Shown: piece after piece, positions 42,294 to 54,855 of the stretch | How positions within the stretch are numbered: the first letter of the stretch is position 1 | Layout of the letters: each line of letters starts with the position of its first letter | Source of the DNA: Seison nebaliae | Taxonomy: Eukaryota | Length of the DNA stretch: 55,119 nt | Direction of reading: 5' to 3' | Assembly: GCA_023231475.1 (NCBI GenBank) | Contig: JALJEE010002327.1 | Coordinates: 1 to 55,119, forward strand | Program-made: the position numbers and the translations under genes | The notes under the pieces: model-generated | What the model saw: only the letters and a program-made list of their open reading frames with translations | Told to the model about the DNA's origin: nothing | Databases searched by the model: none

Positions 42294-44221
42294 ATGATCG
42301 ATAATCCGGATAGGATTATTATGGAGGGATTAGAAGATATGAAAGGTGATGAAAGTAATTTAACTGATACTCTAATTCGATCGGACACGAAGAAAATGGC
42401 GAAGAAATCAGGAGGAATTTTCTATCGACTAATTAATCGAAGTTTATTACAATTAACAATAAAGAAATCGAAAGAAGAGAATATAAATCAATTGGCTGTT
42501 AATGAGGAAAGGATAGACAATTTATTAATTACTAGACAAGATATTCGTGTTTATTGGTGGCGATATATCATTCTCATTCTTTTCGCTTCATATTCACTTT
42601 CCAATGCATTTCAATGGATCCAATATTCCATCATCACGAACATCGTCATTCAATTCTACAATGAATCTCTTCCAACATCAACTCTAGCGCAGAATAACGT
42701 CGTCAATTTAACATCTCTCATATACATGGTTCTTTATATTCCCTTGGCAATTCCAGCGACATATATGCTCGATAAATACGGTCTGAGACCGATGGCATTG
42801 ATTGCCACTTTTCTCAATGCTACCGGTGCCATCATCAAAGTAGCGAGTGCACATCCAAATCTCTTTTGGTTATCGATGGTGGGTCAAACTGTCTCCGCGT
42901 CCGCTCAAGCTTTCATTCTTGGTGTACCGGCACGATTAGCTGCTATCTGGTTCTCCTCAAACGAATTAGCAACTGCCACATCAGTTGGTGTATTTGGAAA
43001 TCAATTAGGTGTCGCTATCGGTTTCGCTATACCTCCCTTAATTGCCGTTGCTAAAGGTGATGCATTACAATCTAATCTCTTCCAACTCTACATGATAGTC
43101 GCCATAATTTGTACGTCATTATTCATTCTCGTTTTCATCGGTTAGTCTCTTAATTATTCGTTTATAATTTAAATTTATTTCAATTTTGAAGCAATGGAAA
43201 CAAAACCACAAAGTCCACCATCAAAAGCTGAATCGAATGCACCAGACGTGAAACATGAATGGAAACATTATTTGAATCGAATAAAGAATTTGGGAAGAAA
43301 TAAAAATTTCGTTTTATTAGCAATATCTTATGGATTGAGTACGGGTGCATATTATGCCATTGGAACTTTATTAAATCCAATTCTTAATACTTATTTTCCT
43401 GTTCGTTTTCTTCATTTTCAAACTTTTTAAAATTACATTTCATTCAGAGTGAAGAAATAGCAATTGGTCATTGTGGTTTGATCTTGATCACATCTGGTCT
43501 ACTTGGCGCCATTATCTGCGGCTTCGTTTTAGATAAAACTCGGAAATATAAGTTAATTCCATCAATTTGTTTATGTACGATAATATTCCATTTATCTCTT
43601 CATTCTTTTTAGAATCGTCACAGTAATCATATATTTCCTATGTCTCGTGTCATTGGTGGGATTTTGTGCGACTCCTTATCTCAAAAATATTTATTATATG
43701 TATTATATCTCATTCTTTTTAGGGTTCTCTTTTCAAATTTTTCTTTTTATTCTTTAAACAATTTTATGATATTCTATAGATTTTTTATGACCGGATATTT
43801 ACCAGTTGGATTTGATTTAGCTGCGGAAATAACTTACCCGGAATCGGAAGCAATTTCATCTGCCATTCTCAATATTGCTTCTCAAGTTATTTATTTTATT
43901 CAAACATTATTATATATTATTTATTAATATCTTTTTTTTTTTTCAAATAATTTACTATCAAATAATATTTTTGGAATTTTTAGATATTTGGTATTATATT
44001 TACAATAATTCACACACAAATGCTACAGGAATTGGGACCGTTATATGGAAATATATTTCTCATTTGTGCAATCGTTCTCGGTCTCGTCCTAACAAGTCTC
44101 ATCTCTTCTTATCCTTATCTCATATTATCTTCTCAATATTTCAGTTCTGATAAAAGAAGATCTCAGAAGAACTCATATAACTTTAATGAGGAATAATGAC
44201 GAGGTGGCAGTTGCTAATTAA
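42294..44221 (+). CDS. FLVCR: FLVCR-family MFS transporter (SLC49), 7 exons, ~521 aa
   Basis: [71 protein letters not shown] and IKEDLRR. Introns 43141-43191, 43401-43447, 43552-43612, 43724-43779, 43886-43983, 44096-44144. Confidence 0.93.
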
Positions 44222-45280
44222 TGAAAATAAGTTTATTATAGTTTTCGAGAGAGGAAGAATTTATTTTGAAAAACTTAATTTTTTCTTTCTAGCAAAATCT
44301 GATACATATTTTTTTTAAGGATAAATCTGATTTAAGTTTTACAATTTTAGTTGAGACAATTCTCCACATTTGGACTTGGATGAGTCTCTTATTTATTATT
44401 TTTCATTCTTATTATATGATAAATTGATTTTCTTATTTATTATCGAAATAAATTTTCACATAAATTTCAATCAGTTCAATTCATATCTTTCCCCCTTCGA
44501 CATTTTGAGACGTGAACGGATTAATAGTTGGTAATTGAAGGGAATATGATTAATATTTAATTTGGAGATATTAGTAAAGAAATAAAATAGAATGACTTTC
44601 TCGCATCGATAATCTGTTCCTGTGTTGGTTGGTTGGTCAATGAAGCGAATCTTTATCGAATAATTATGGTGGAGGTGCAAGCAGACGTGAAGTTGACCTA
44701 AAAACCTCCTTGCTATATTTCATTTGACGATGATTCTAATTGTTCGGTTGATCGCATAGAAATATTTATTTCTTTATTGTTAGACGAATATCTTCTCGTA
44801 CTATCTCGTTACTTTCTTCATAGAAAGAAACGATCTGTTTGGAAGCAGGAAGTCATATTTTTCTATGTAAAGACAAAGTTGGGAGAACAATCGTGCATGT
44901 TGTTCATTTAAGCTAATTCCTTTCCTATCTCAACTCGTGTCATCGATTTATCTGTAGCAAGTAATCGGGTAAAAGATATGAAGAGATATGGAGGAACGAA
45001 AAGGAAAATATTAATAAATTAAATTTTCATCGTGTCAATTGTTAGTCGAAGAAGAACATTTACGAGAAGTTAAGAGTCGGATAATGAAGGGAAATATTTA
45101 AATTTGAGTGAAATTTGTTTGTGGTTCAATAGTTGATCTTTATTTTCTCAAACATCTCATCGATTGTTCAAATAGGAAAATTGGTTTTCTATTCACCTGT
45201 ACTATATATACAATTTAACAGAAATCTTTTTCATAACAAATATTCTTTTCGTTTCATCCAACAAATTTTCCTTTAGGAAA

Positions 45281-48200
45281 ATGAGCGAAACTAATTTCAA
45301 TTTGGAGACGTTACATCATGTTCGATTATCTCGACCTCATTCCTTGTTGCTTCCATACACTGAGGATTATTCCACTTACCAATATGCCAATAACGACAAC
45401 AATGGCGGTCGATTGAGGAACTTTGTGAAATATACGTCTTATAATAATGAGAACTTCAATCTACCTCCAACCAGAGCATATGGAACGAATAATGAAAATC
45501 CGAAAATCTATAATCTTCTAAATTATCCGATAAGGGGGAAAAACGAATATGGGAGAGCATCGCCGATGAATATCCGTCATCAGCAATTACCTCCACAAAT
45601 ATCAACTCCGACAAATTTCAATTTGATACGACGAAAAGACGATTTTCCACGATTATCTGCAGAAAACGGTAAATTTATTTCATACAATTCATTTCGAATG
45701 AATTCCTTCGATTATAATTCCAATGATTGTTATCAATTTAAATTTATTCCAAATTCAATGAATATTCTCGAGGAATCAGAAGATGACATAATAATGAATA
45801 ATGAGAAAAATGAAATTATGATGAATAATAAGACGAATAATAGTAATTCGAATATTAATCGAATTTCTTTATTGAATAAATTGAACAAAACTATCATCAA
45901 TAACAACAACAATAATAATAATAACATTTTACAAAAAACTTATACATTTCAACCATCAAATAATCAGAATAATGTAGTGAAGAAACCTCAATTGAAATTA
46001 CAACAGAATAAAATGAATGAAAAAGATTTGAAAATAACGAGGAAGAAGAGTCGACATCGAGATAGAAAATCGACGGAGAAAACTAAAAGTAAATTATCGT
46101 CCACTCAACATCTGATTATTCGTACAAATATTCCGAATGGACCATGTAATTTAAAGAAGAAAAATTCCCTTCTTACACGTTACCAATCATTACATCCTCA
46201 GACGATTAGGAAACCGTCTTTTAAGGAATTGTCTAACGAACCGCCAATAGTAAATAATTCGAATTCCACCACCGCTTCATCCAATGAAGGTGATGAAGTT
46301 TTCTATACGAAAGAAACGATCGAACCGAATAATGATAAAGTATCAAGTTCTTATGAGATGAATGTGGTGGAAGGGAAAACGAAGAAATTATCGACAGATT
46401 CCGGAATCTCAACTGAAGATAATGGATCGTATGCAACTCATCATAAGTTGGAAAGTGTAACGGAAGCTTCCGAATCGTTTAATGAGAATTCATTACCTCA
46501 TTCACCACAAATCACTGAGAGTGACTCAACGAAAATTAATCAGAAAGACGAAAGATTATTGAATGGTGAAGAGAAGAAGAAAGAAACAAGTCCATCGAGT
46601 TATAAGAAGTCGGATTTGAATCAATTACTTTGTCAGTTGTTGGCAAATGAAAATGCAGCAAAACCACCACAAACCGGTAAGAATTGTTCGAGAGTGTTAC
46701 GTATAACTGAATTATTCATGAATAATTCGAATGATGACAAATCGGATAAAACCATCGCTAATGATAATACTCTCTCTTCCAGTAATGTATTTCTTAAACA
46801 AAAAGATATAAATTTGACAGATGAAGATGATAAAAGAAATCGAAATACCAATCAAATTATTAATGATACAAGTCGATTATCCAAAATGAGCAAACAACAT
46901 TTTGAAAATATTTCTACCAACAACAACAACAATAATTCGCAATTGAAAAAATCGATGACTGATGATTTGTGTGAGAAGAAACCGGAAAGAATAAGTAATC
47001 GCATGATCGATACGAGTAAGATGGTTGCTTTCGATGATAATTGTATTGAGATTGATCGACATGTTGCCGCTTATCGTGCACAAAAGAAACGAGCGAAACA
47101 ATTTAACACGATGCCATCAAACATCAGGAAAGCTCTCAAATGTCAAATGAAACAAGAGAATAAGAATACTTTAATGAAACAGATTACTACATCGCCCGCC
47201 AATTTATTCAAAGAAAATAATAAAAATTCATTTTGCAAACAATTATTTAATCAACAACAACAACAACAACAACCGCATCGAATGATGGAAGATAAACAGA
47301 ATGACCGATTTTTATTAGCACGACCATTGAAGCCGTTAATGTTTCAAGTGGCCGTTAACGGTATCGGAAAACATCGAAGTGCCGAACAAGGTTTACCCAA
47401 AAAGAATATTTGTCTAATTCGTGGAAATTTTGGTGATGATTCCGGTATATATATTCAAACGAATTCACATCTTTTTATCGGTTCCAATTCTCTTTTCTTA
47501 AAATCGAGACTATATTTTCTCTTTAGCTTTAGCTGACGGGGCGGGAGGTAATCGACAATTTGGAATTAATCCCAAATCTTTCTCCAACGCATTAGTTAAA
47601 GAATTACAGAACACAATTGAAAAGAACGATATTGCACCAGACAATTTAACAAAGATCGTTCATCGTGCATTACACGCCGTTGAAAAGCAAGGAATTTGTG
47701 GTTTATATTTTTCTCTATATAATTTTATAAAACTTTTTAAAAATTTTTTTTCTCATAAAAAATTTCATTTTCCCTTTTCCCTTCTATAGGAAGTAGTACA
47801 TTGTGTGTGATTGTGGTGGATAAGATGCGTCGACGATTAAGAGCATTAAATATTGGCGATTCCGGTTTCGCTCTTGTACGCAATAACCGAATTATATGTA
47901 AATCTGAATCTACTTTACACGCCGGATATCCCAAACAACTCTATTGTTTAAATGAAAAATTTGACGGCGTTTCCTTCATCGACGAACAGTTATTTCATTA
48001 AACATTTATCTTATTCTAATTTCGTTTCCAGAACGATTCTTGATGATTCTCATATGGTAACAACAAAAATCAATTCTAACGATTTCATTCTATTAAGCTC
48101 CGACGGTTTATTCGACGTTCTAAATATTGATGAGATCGAACGTTGTATATCAAATGATCAAGTTATTTTCTATTTCGTTTTATAATTCGTTTATAATTTC

Positions 48201-48364
48201 CTCAGACATCTGCTACGGTAGCGAAGACATTGGTAAATCGTGCAGTGCAAAGTTAAATTTTACATATTTCAATTTCCAATCTATTTGTCATTTATCTATT
48301 TAAAGAATATCGAAAAAAATCTCACGACGACATTTTGACGATAGTGGCGAAGGCAGTTTGCTAA
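45281..48364 (+). CDS. PPTC7/PTC7-type PP2C phosphatase with a ~680-aa low-complexity N-terminal extension, 6 exons, ~935 aa
   Basis: GNFGDDS, ALADGAGG, GSSTLC, NIGDSGF, SSDGLFD and HDDIL. Introns 47481-47526, 47701-47789, 47989-48031, 48162-48205, 48252-48305. Confidence 0.85.
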
Positions 48365-48534
48365 GAAAAACTATGAAAACAATTGAAGTGAATTGAACTT
48401 CTTTCTTTAATAGAATTTTGAAAGAATTTTTTTTTATGATAAAAAAATAAATATAAAATAATATCCAAATTTCAAAATAAGATTAGAAGAGATTAGATAA
48501 ATTATAATTTTTTTATTAATTCAATTATCAAAAG

Positions 48535-49533
48535 TTATTTCTTAATTAATTTCTGAATTAATTTCTGATGTTCACACATCTTCAACCATTTCCTCACCTC
48601 GTTATTAACTTTGAAAGATTTCTTTGCCAGTTCAGATTTGTTGGAACTTTGATTGAATTGTTGGAGGGCGAAAGTGAGAAGTGAATAACATAAAATATCG
48701 ATGACATGTAATTGGTTTACTTCACTTTCATCTAATTGATGAATAATCCATTTTGGATGTTGTTCTTTCTCATAAATTTCTTCCATCTTTCTAATAAATG
48801 GAATGAAAGAAAGAAGATTATTTGTTGATTGGAATCTTCTCATACCATTATTTCCCAAATCATATAATTCACTCAATTTTACATGAATTATATGATTTTC
48901 TTTATTCTGCATTGACATAATTTTCCTCACAATCATTTCATCCAAATATCGACAAATATTTCCTTCACCTATCACTTCCTCATTTTTTCCAAATTTCAAT
49001 TTACTTTCCGTATTTTCCGAAAGAATGAACATTATTCGACAAGTCATCCCATGAAAATCCCATCGATTCACTGATGACGATATTGTTGCAGGTTTTTCAT
49101 TTAAATAATGATATTTCGTCTCTTCAATTGATAACAAATTCTGATCAGCTAAAAATTGATGAATGATTTGAAATGACAGAGGAATCGGTTGAGGACAATG
49201 AATAACGAAGTCGTAGATCGGAGTGGTGAAATCGATTTTTCCGGTCAGAGAATTTTTTATCGCACAAATATGAGAAGATAATCTTAAATTTAATTCTTTC
49301 AAATTCTCTTCCAATTTCACTAAATTTTCTTCATTTTCCACTTTTGGAACGTTGTTCTCTTTCCTTGAAGAATTAACAATCGTTGTCGTCGTCGTTGACG
49401 TTTGTGTAACTATTTTTTCACCAGATCCATCACTCTTTTCTGTTGGGAGATATGTATCAGACTTATACATCGAAGTCGGTATATGTTCCTCAGAAATTTT
49501 CATACTTGTGATAAACGGTTCTACACGATACAT
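48535..49533 (-). CDS. AIMP2: Aminoacyl-tRNA synthetase complex scaffold AIMP2 (p38), intronless, ~332 aa
   Basis: MYRVEPF..IPTSMYK, a coiled-coil segment, DFVIHCPQPIPLS, IGEGNICRYL, IDILCYSLL and EVRKWLKMC match AIMP2 blocks. ATG is at 49533. Confidence 0.8.
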   Translation of the reverse strand: MYRVEPFITSMKISEEHIPTSMYKSDTYLPTEKSDGSGEKIVTQTSTTTTTIVNSSRKENNVPKVENEENLVKLEENLKELNLRLSSHICAIKNSLTGKIDFTTPIYDFVIHCPQPIPLSFQIIHQFLADQNLLSIEETKYHYLNEKPATISSSVNRWDFHGMTCRIMFILSENTESKLKFGKNEEVIGEGNICRYLDEMIVRKIMSMQNKENHIIHVKLSELYDLGNNGMRRFQSTNNLLSFIPFIRKMEEIYEKEQHPKWIIHQLDESEVNQLHVIDILCYSLLTFALQQFNQSSNKSELAKKSFKVNNEVRKWLKMCEHQKLIQKLIKK

Positions 49534-50438
49534 TCCTTCTTGAAATAATTTTAATTTTACCACTTAACTTACGTGACCAATCTTATATGAAACATCCACG
49601 CTAAATTTTCAAAATTAAATTGTTCGTTAGAGTAGGTGGTAGAAAGAACAATAATTTATCGAGAACCTTTACCGAGATAGTGCACGAATTATCTGAACTA
49701 CCGGTTTTTGAAAAAAAAATCTCGTTAACTTGTTGACCAAATAATACTTGTTGTGATACTATCGAGACATAACATTATTTTTTAATCCGAAGGAAATTTT
49801 CGATACATGGCATAAGAACATTCTCGCTCTACAACGTGGCATACAATGAGTAGGTCATTACAGTCGACTAATTGGAAACGAGGAACAACTGAACAGACTT
49901 TTCTACCATTTTATGTCATTTATTCTTTGTCAGTTAAATTATTAATGGCTAAACGTTAATGTGGAAGAAAGAGCATATTAGTTTGAGAGTTGAAAAATTG
50001 ATTCGTTATCGGAAAAATTTAATAATTTTAATAATAATGTAAGTCAATTGATTAAGAAAAAAACCTTTAAAAACATAATATTTACGTTATTATGTAACAG
50101 GAAGTGAGTTTTAATTCAAAGTGACAACTATAGTCATGTAATAGTCAAATATCAAATATAGTCAAAATAAAGTCATGTAAAAAATTGGAGGAGTTCTGTA
50201 TCTGTTAGATTATTTCGTTTCATAATTCAATTGCATTATTTTTCCGAAATTTCTTAATAAATAGAATTTCCTTATACCGTCTTGTGGGTCAAAATGAGAC
50301 ACTTGCTACGAAGGTTGCTACGAAGTGTCTCATTTTCTCATTCTTGGTCTTTGATTTTTTGGGTTAATAATCTATGGTAAGTAATTATTTGACCGAATCA
50401 ACCAACAAAAAAGGAAAGACATCATAATATTTATCCAT

Positions 50439-50510
50439 TCCCATGTGGTCTAGGGGTTAGGATTTCGCCCTTTCACGGCGACGGCCCGGGTTCGATTCCC
50501 GGCGTGGGAG
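50439..50510 (+). tRNA. tRNA-Glu(TTC)
   Basis: 72-nt cloverleaf TCCCATG..CGTGGGAG, anticodon arm TCGCC-CTTTCAC-GGCGA, T-loop TTCGATT, and TTTT downstream. Confidence 0.95.
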
Positions 50511-50673
50511 ATATGTTTTGCTCTTTGATTGGACTTCGTCTTTTTCTGTTGCAATTTATTCTCTTTTGTAGGTTCAAAATACAAATATAATCAAAAGTTT
50601 TGTTTATAATGTATCGTAAATCTGAAGCGCGTTCCGCATTCGATCAAAAACGAAAACAAACTCACAAAAATTT

Positions 50674-50746
50674 AGGTTCGAGCGAGAATTGAAACCGCGA
50701 CCTTCTGCGTGTTAAGCAGACGTGATAACCACTACACCACCGAACC
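50674..50746 (-). tRNA. tRNA-Val(AAC) with a T-stem defect (possible pseudogene)
   Basis: GGTTCGG TGGTGTAGTGGTTATCAC G TCTGC-TTAACAC-GCAGA AGGTC GCGGT-TTCAATT-CTCGC TCGAACC T; the 53:61 pair is T.C instead of G:C. Confidence 0.82.
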
Positions 50747-51191
50747 ATATAATTCGGAACCAATATAGAATAAAGTGCTACAAAAGATATAATACAACAT
50801 ACTACCTGTGAACAGATAATTAAATATGGTTACATAAGTAACATATGTTACTTATGTTTTATGTTTAAAGGGCAACTTTTTCAGTTATAAACGTAGCTTA
50901 TATGCTATTTAATTAGTTCATAAATAAATTTTTTTGTTACCGATCAATCATAAAAAACTTTTATTAAAAGTAGACTTCGGAGAAAGGAATAAATCTATAT
51001 CCGTAATTAATATATTGGACCCCAAATTATAGCACAAATTATACATATTATTAATTTTTTTGAATAAACTGTAACTATAAATTTGGAGTTGTCATTATTA
51101 TATGTTCTTTCAGATGTTTATTGATTTTTTTTTTCAACTATAAATATTTCTAAAATATATTCTTAAATTAAATAAGTATACTTATTCCCAA

Positions 51192-51916
51192 ATGTTATTC
51201 AACTTCATAACAATTTTATTATTTGTATTAGGAACAATAAAAAGTTCATTTGTTCCTCAAGAACCAATAGTTGATGAAACTAATTTAAACAACAACAATT
51301 GCACTACAAAGTTTAAGAAAGTTCGGGGAATTTATGATCCAAATAGTTCGCTGTTAAGTTCTTGTAAAACTGAGAAAAAATGTTATGGTTTGGAAATAAT
51401 ATCCGATAGTACAATATTTAGTATTTATAAACTATCGGATTTAATCAATATAGAACATTTATATTCACCTGAAGATAGTTCACCCGTTTTTTATATAAAA
51501 GAAGGTGATATTTCTTATTAGATCTTTGAAATTATTCAATTTTAGAATTCCAAACATTGTATCATGAACTGATGGCCAAAATTAACGCTCAATATGAAAT
51601 TTGCCCTCAAAATTTTCGAAACGAACCTGGTGACTTGAAACTTCAAATTGGGAAACTCCTTGAAAAGAAAGTCGTGGGAAGATCGTTAAAAGAATTATAT
51701 TATGGTTTCCATAACTCATGTGATGACTATTTTTTCGGTGCTCATTATATGTTCTCATTCGTAAACCACACTTCCAATTACGTTGTTGAAATGCCAAAGA
51801 ATGGATTTATTAATCCATTTAATTTCACTTTAAATTCATTTTTCGATAATTACTTCGATATCATTCGGAATTTAACAAATGTTGACATTTTTTTAACGAA
51901 GACGGTGAAAGATTAA
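51192..51916 (+). CDS. Orphan secreted protein, 2 exons, ~220-230 aa
   Basis: Signal-like MLFNFITILLFVLGTIKS and several Cys. A phase-1 intron ending TTTTAG at 51545 joins the two ORFs (donor at 51478 or 51505). Confidence 0.6.
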
Positions 51917-53089
51917 TTAGTTTTATTATATGATAATTATACAGTTTAAATGATTTTTAACGGAATTTTGAATATTTCCATCAAATATATATTCTTTCTT
52001 TTCGTTATTATTTATTACAAATTATATCGAAAACGTTCATTTCAAATTTTCGAAAAGCGGAATATCATTTGTATAAATTACACAGTGCTTACTTACTTTT
52101 CTCCTCAGAATTCGAATAAAAAAGTTATGGAGCTCTAAAAGTTTTCGGCAATTTAAGTGCACTAATTTAAATAAAAATAAAAATTATAAAATTTTATTAT
52201 CTGGAGAAATATTTACCTTGTATAAAAAAACCTAATTCGAATATCATGTGATTTAACGAAAAAACGTAAATAACGAAACCTTAATTAGTTTAATAAAAAC
52301 TTCAAAATTTAAAAATTTTTGAACGGAGCAATTTTTGAATCACGATGATTTCGCCACCTTTTTGTAGAAAAACGGTGATTTTGCCACCCTTCTTTTGTCG
52401 AATATGTCTAAATTTTTTCGAAACATTAACCCTCTATTCTTTCTTGCCGGGAGCACCATGATGATCAGCATAAAATCCTACATCTAATTCATTAAAAAAA
52501 ACTTTGTAATAAGACAATTCATTTTTTTTTGTCGCACTGTATTATTATTTCATTAACTGAATTGAAAACACTGATTATTATTATTTATTAGTTATAATTC
52601 CCGTTGGGATTAATTAGAAATTATGTAAGAATTCTATTTAAATTGTTCATTAAATTGAATAATACAATGCACAGATTGATATCATTAAAGGGAAAGTTTA
52701 ATTAATTATGAATTGCCCTGAAAAGGGCTGCCAAAAATTGCATACTCCGGCCATATTTCATGCCGTCGTTGCGGGGTATTGGGAAAAGTTTTCAACTAGC
52801 AATAACCGCGTCTCTGTTGTACATCATTAACTACGGTATTGCCCGAGCGCAAAGATAACTTCTTAATAGTAAATCAGAAGTATTTACATGAAAAGTCCTT
52901 GGTCATAGTTTAATTTTCATTTCTCCACACTTTCCGTCAATTGAAATAATTTAACGAAAGCTAAGAAATTTGATCAAACATATTCATTAAATGTTTGAAT
53001 TCTTTTTTATATATTAATCAAATCAGAAATGTTCATGTCTAATTTTGAACATGTTCCATTGTTGAACTATCGAACTTTGTTAGGATCAG

Positions 53090-54569
53090 TTACATATCAT
53101 TAATTTGGAAGTATTTCACCAAGTCAATCCACGAATTATAACTTTGAAATTGCATCATCGAACTGAACAACAACCCCAAAATCCCAGTGATTGGCCGTAA
53201 CTTAACATTGTCAATAAGTGGAATATGTCGTATACTTAAGTTGAATTCTTGACGGTCTTTAGTTCAAAAAATAATAAATCTTGTCTTAATCTATTGCAAT
53301 AATAAACTGATTCAGGATTACTTTCTTTGACTGTGTGTAAGAATACATTAACGAACAGTACCGCTAATGTGCAAAAATCACTTCCTTGCATCGAATTGAA
53401 TAGACGATTTTTATGAATCTTGTTCAATTCTTTAATGTTCTTTTCTTTCCTCAAATTCATGTTATACATACCAATAGTAATATCGTCAGATTTACGATAT
53501 AAGTCTGAAGGAGCAAATGCATAATCGATTATGATCGGAATTTTATTATTTTTCCCATTAAAAAAATGGTCTTTATCTTGTGTTATTATTATATTGTAAA
53601 TATGTAAGTCATTATGCGCATTCGCATAACTCCCCTCATCAAACAGAGGCATCTTTACAATTGGCAGCGCATTGAGAGAGAAGTGCAACGCTTGTATTTG
53701 ACGAAGTATTAATATGGAAAAAGAATAAAACTCTTTCAAATTTCGAGACAAATCATTTTGATAGTCAAATAACTCATGTATTTCATCACCATCTACATAT
53801 GTCATATCGATACAAAATTGATTTCCTACATAATTGTAAGATAATCGGTTAGTGATATCTTTTTTATGATTAACAACTAAAAATTTTTATGGGATTTCTG
53901 TTTAATCCTAATGAATTATTAACTTGGTCTTTCTATCAATTCTTCCGATCGTTCACCGAATAATTTTCCATGAGAGATACCTAAAATCTTATAAGTATGA
54001 TATAAACCAAGAGGATTAAGCTCAAACGCTAACAACGCGTTGGCTTCCATGACAATCTCACCTGGTATTCTCATAGCTTTATATAGAAATATCGCAAAAT
54101 ATCCAAAAATTTAAACTTTTTGCTACATACTTTTCTCCTGTTTTCTTCGAAACCAAAAAAATTTCTCATTGAACGCCTACGGAAATTTTTTCCTGAAATT
54201 CAATATCAATTGATTACATGTCGTGATAGAATATATGCAATCTAATAATAACGCCTTGAAAGTTTCTTTTTGGTAACAGACGAACTGATTTCGGTTGAAA
54301 AATCTGTTGGATTTTTGACCAGCAATCCGTAACACATCTTTTAATGATGGAACTTTATGTAAATGTTTACAAATTTCACTGTACTGAAATTTATCCATAG
54401 TTAAATTGTACGTGAAAGATTTCTCATAGATTTCCAGGTTCTCATTCTGTCTTAACGCCAACTGAAACTTCTCTTCATCCACATTTTCGTCAAAGATTAT
54501 GGAACAATCCAGCAGAGAAAAACGGTGTAATGTCGAAATAAAGAAGAAGAAGTACAAATTGAAATGCAT
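53090..54569 (-). pseudogene. Divergent protein kinase with a hydrophobic N-terminus, probable pseudogene
   Basis: EKISVGVQ*EIFLV (Gly loop with TGA at 54166-54168), KYVAK, IVMEAN, IDMTYVDG, AHNDLHIYNIII and IIDYAFA. Introns 54077-54116 and 53877-53923; probable frameshift near 53270. Confidence 0.7.
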
Positions 54570-54855
54570 TGCTTTTAGAAAATAATAAATGAAAATAAGT
54601 GTAAGAGGTCTAAACATAGTCATGGCTATGCCAAAAGAAATGGACAAGTTGTCTGGAAGAAACAATTAACGAGAAGCAATTAAGTCGTCGTTCGCCGAAA
54701 CATTTAAAAGATATGCTGACCTTTGATCAAATATTCCTTGCTCATTTATTAAAAACCGTTCTGCATTAACGTTTTATTATTTACGATTGTGATTCAATAA
54801 TTTACATTGATGTCCTTATCACATTGACCTAATGAACCTAAGGACGTCTATATTG

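Noticed and set aside
50799..50808. ATACTACCTG resembling the U1 snRNA 5' end
   Set aside because: No U1 stem-loops, U1-70K/U1A loop motifs or GC-rich body follow; it looks like a chance match
52708..52866. GC-richer patch with a short ORF (MNCPEKGCQKLH...)
   Set aside because: About 40 codons, no motif and no convincing RNA structure
54166..54168. In-frame TGA as evidence of stop-codon reassignment or selenocysteine
   Set aside because: The same gene has other lesions, TGA ends other genes here (for example 4368-4370), and no conserved gene contains an internal stop
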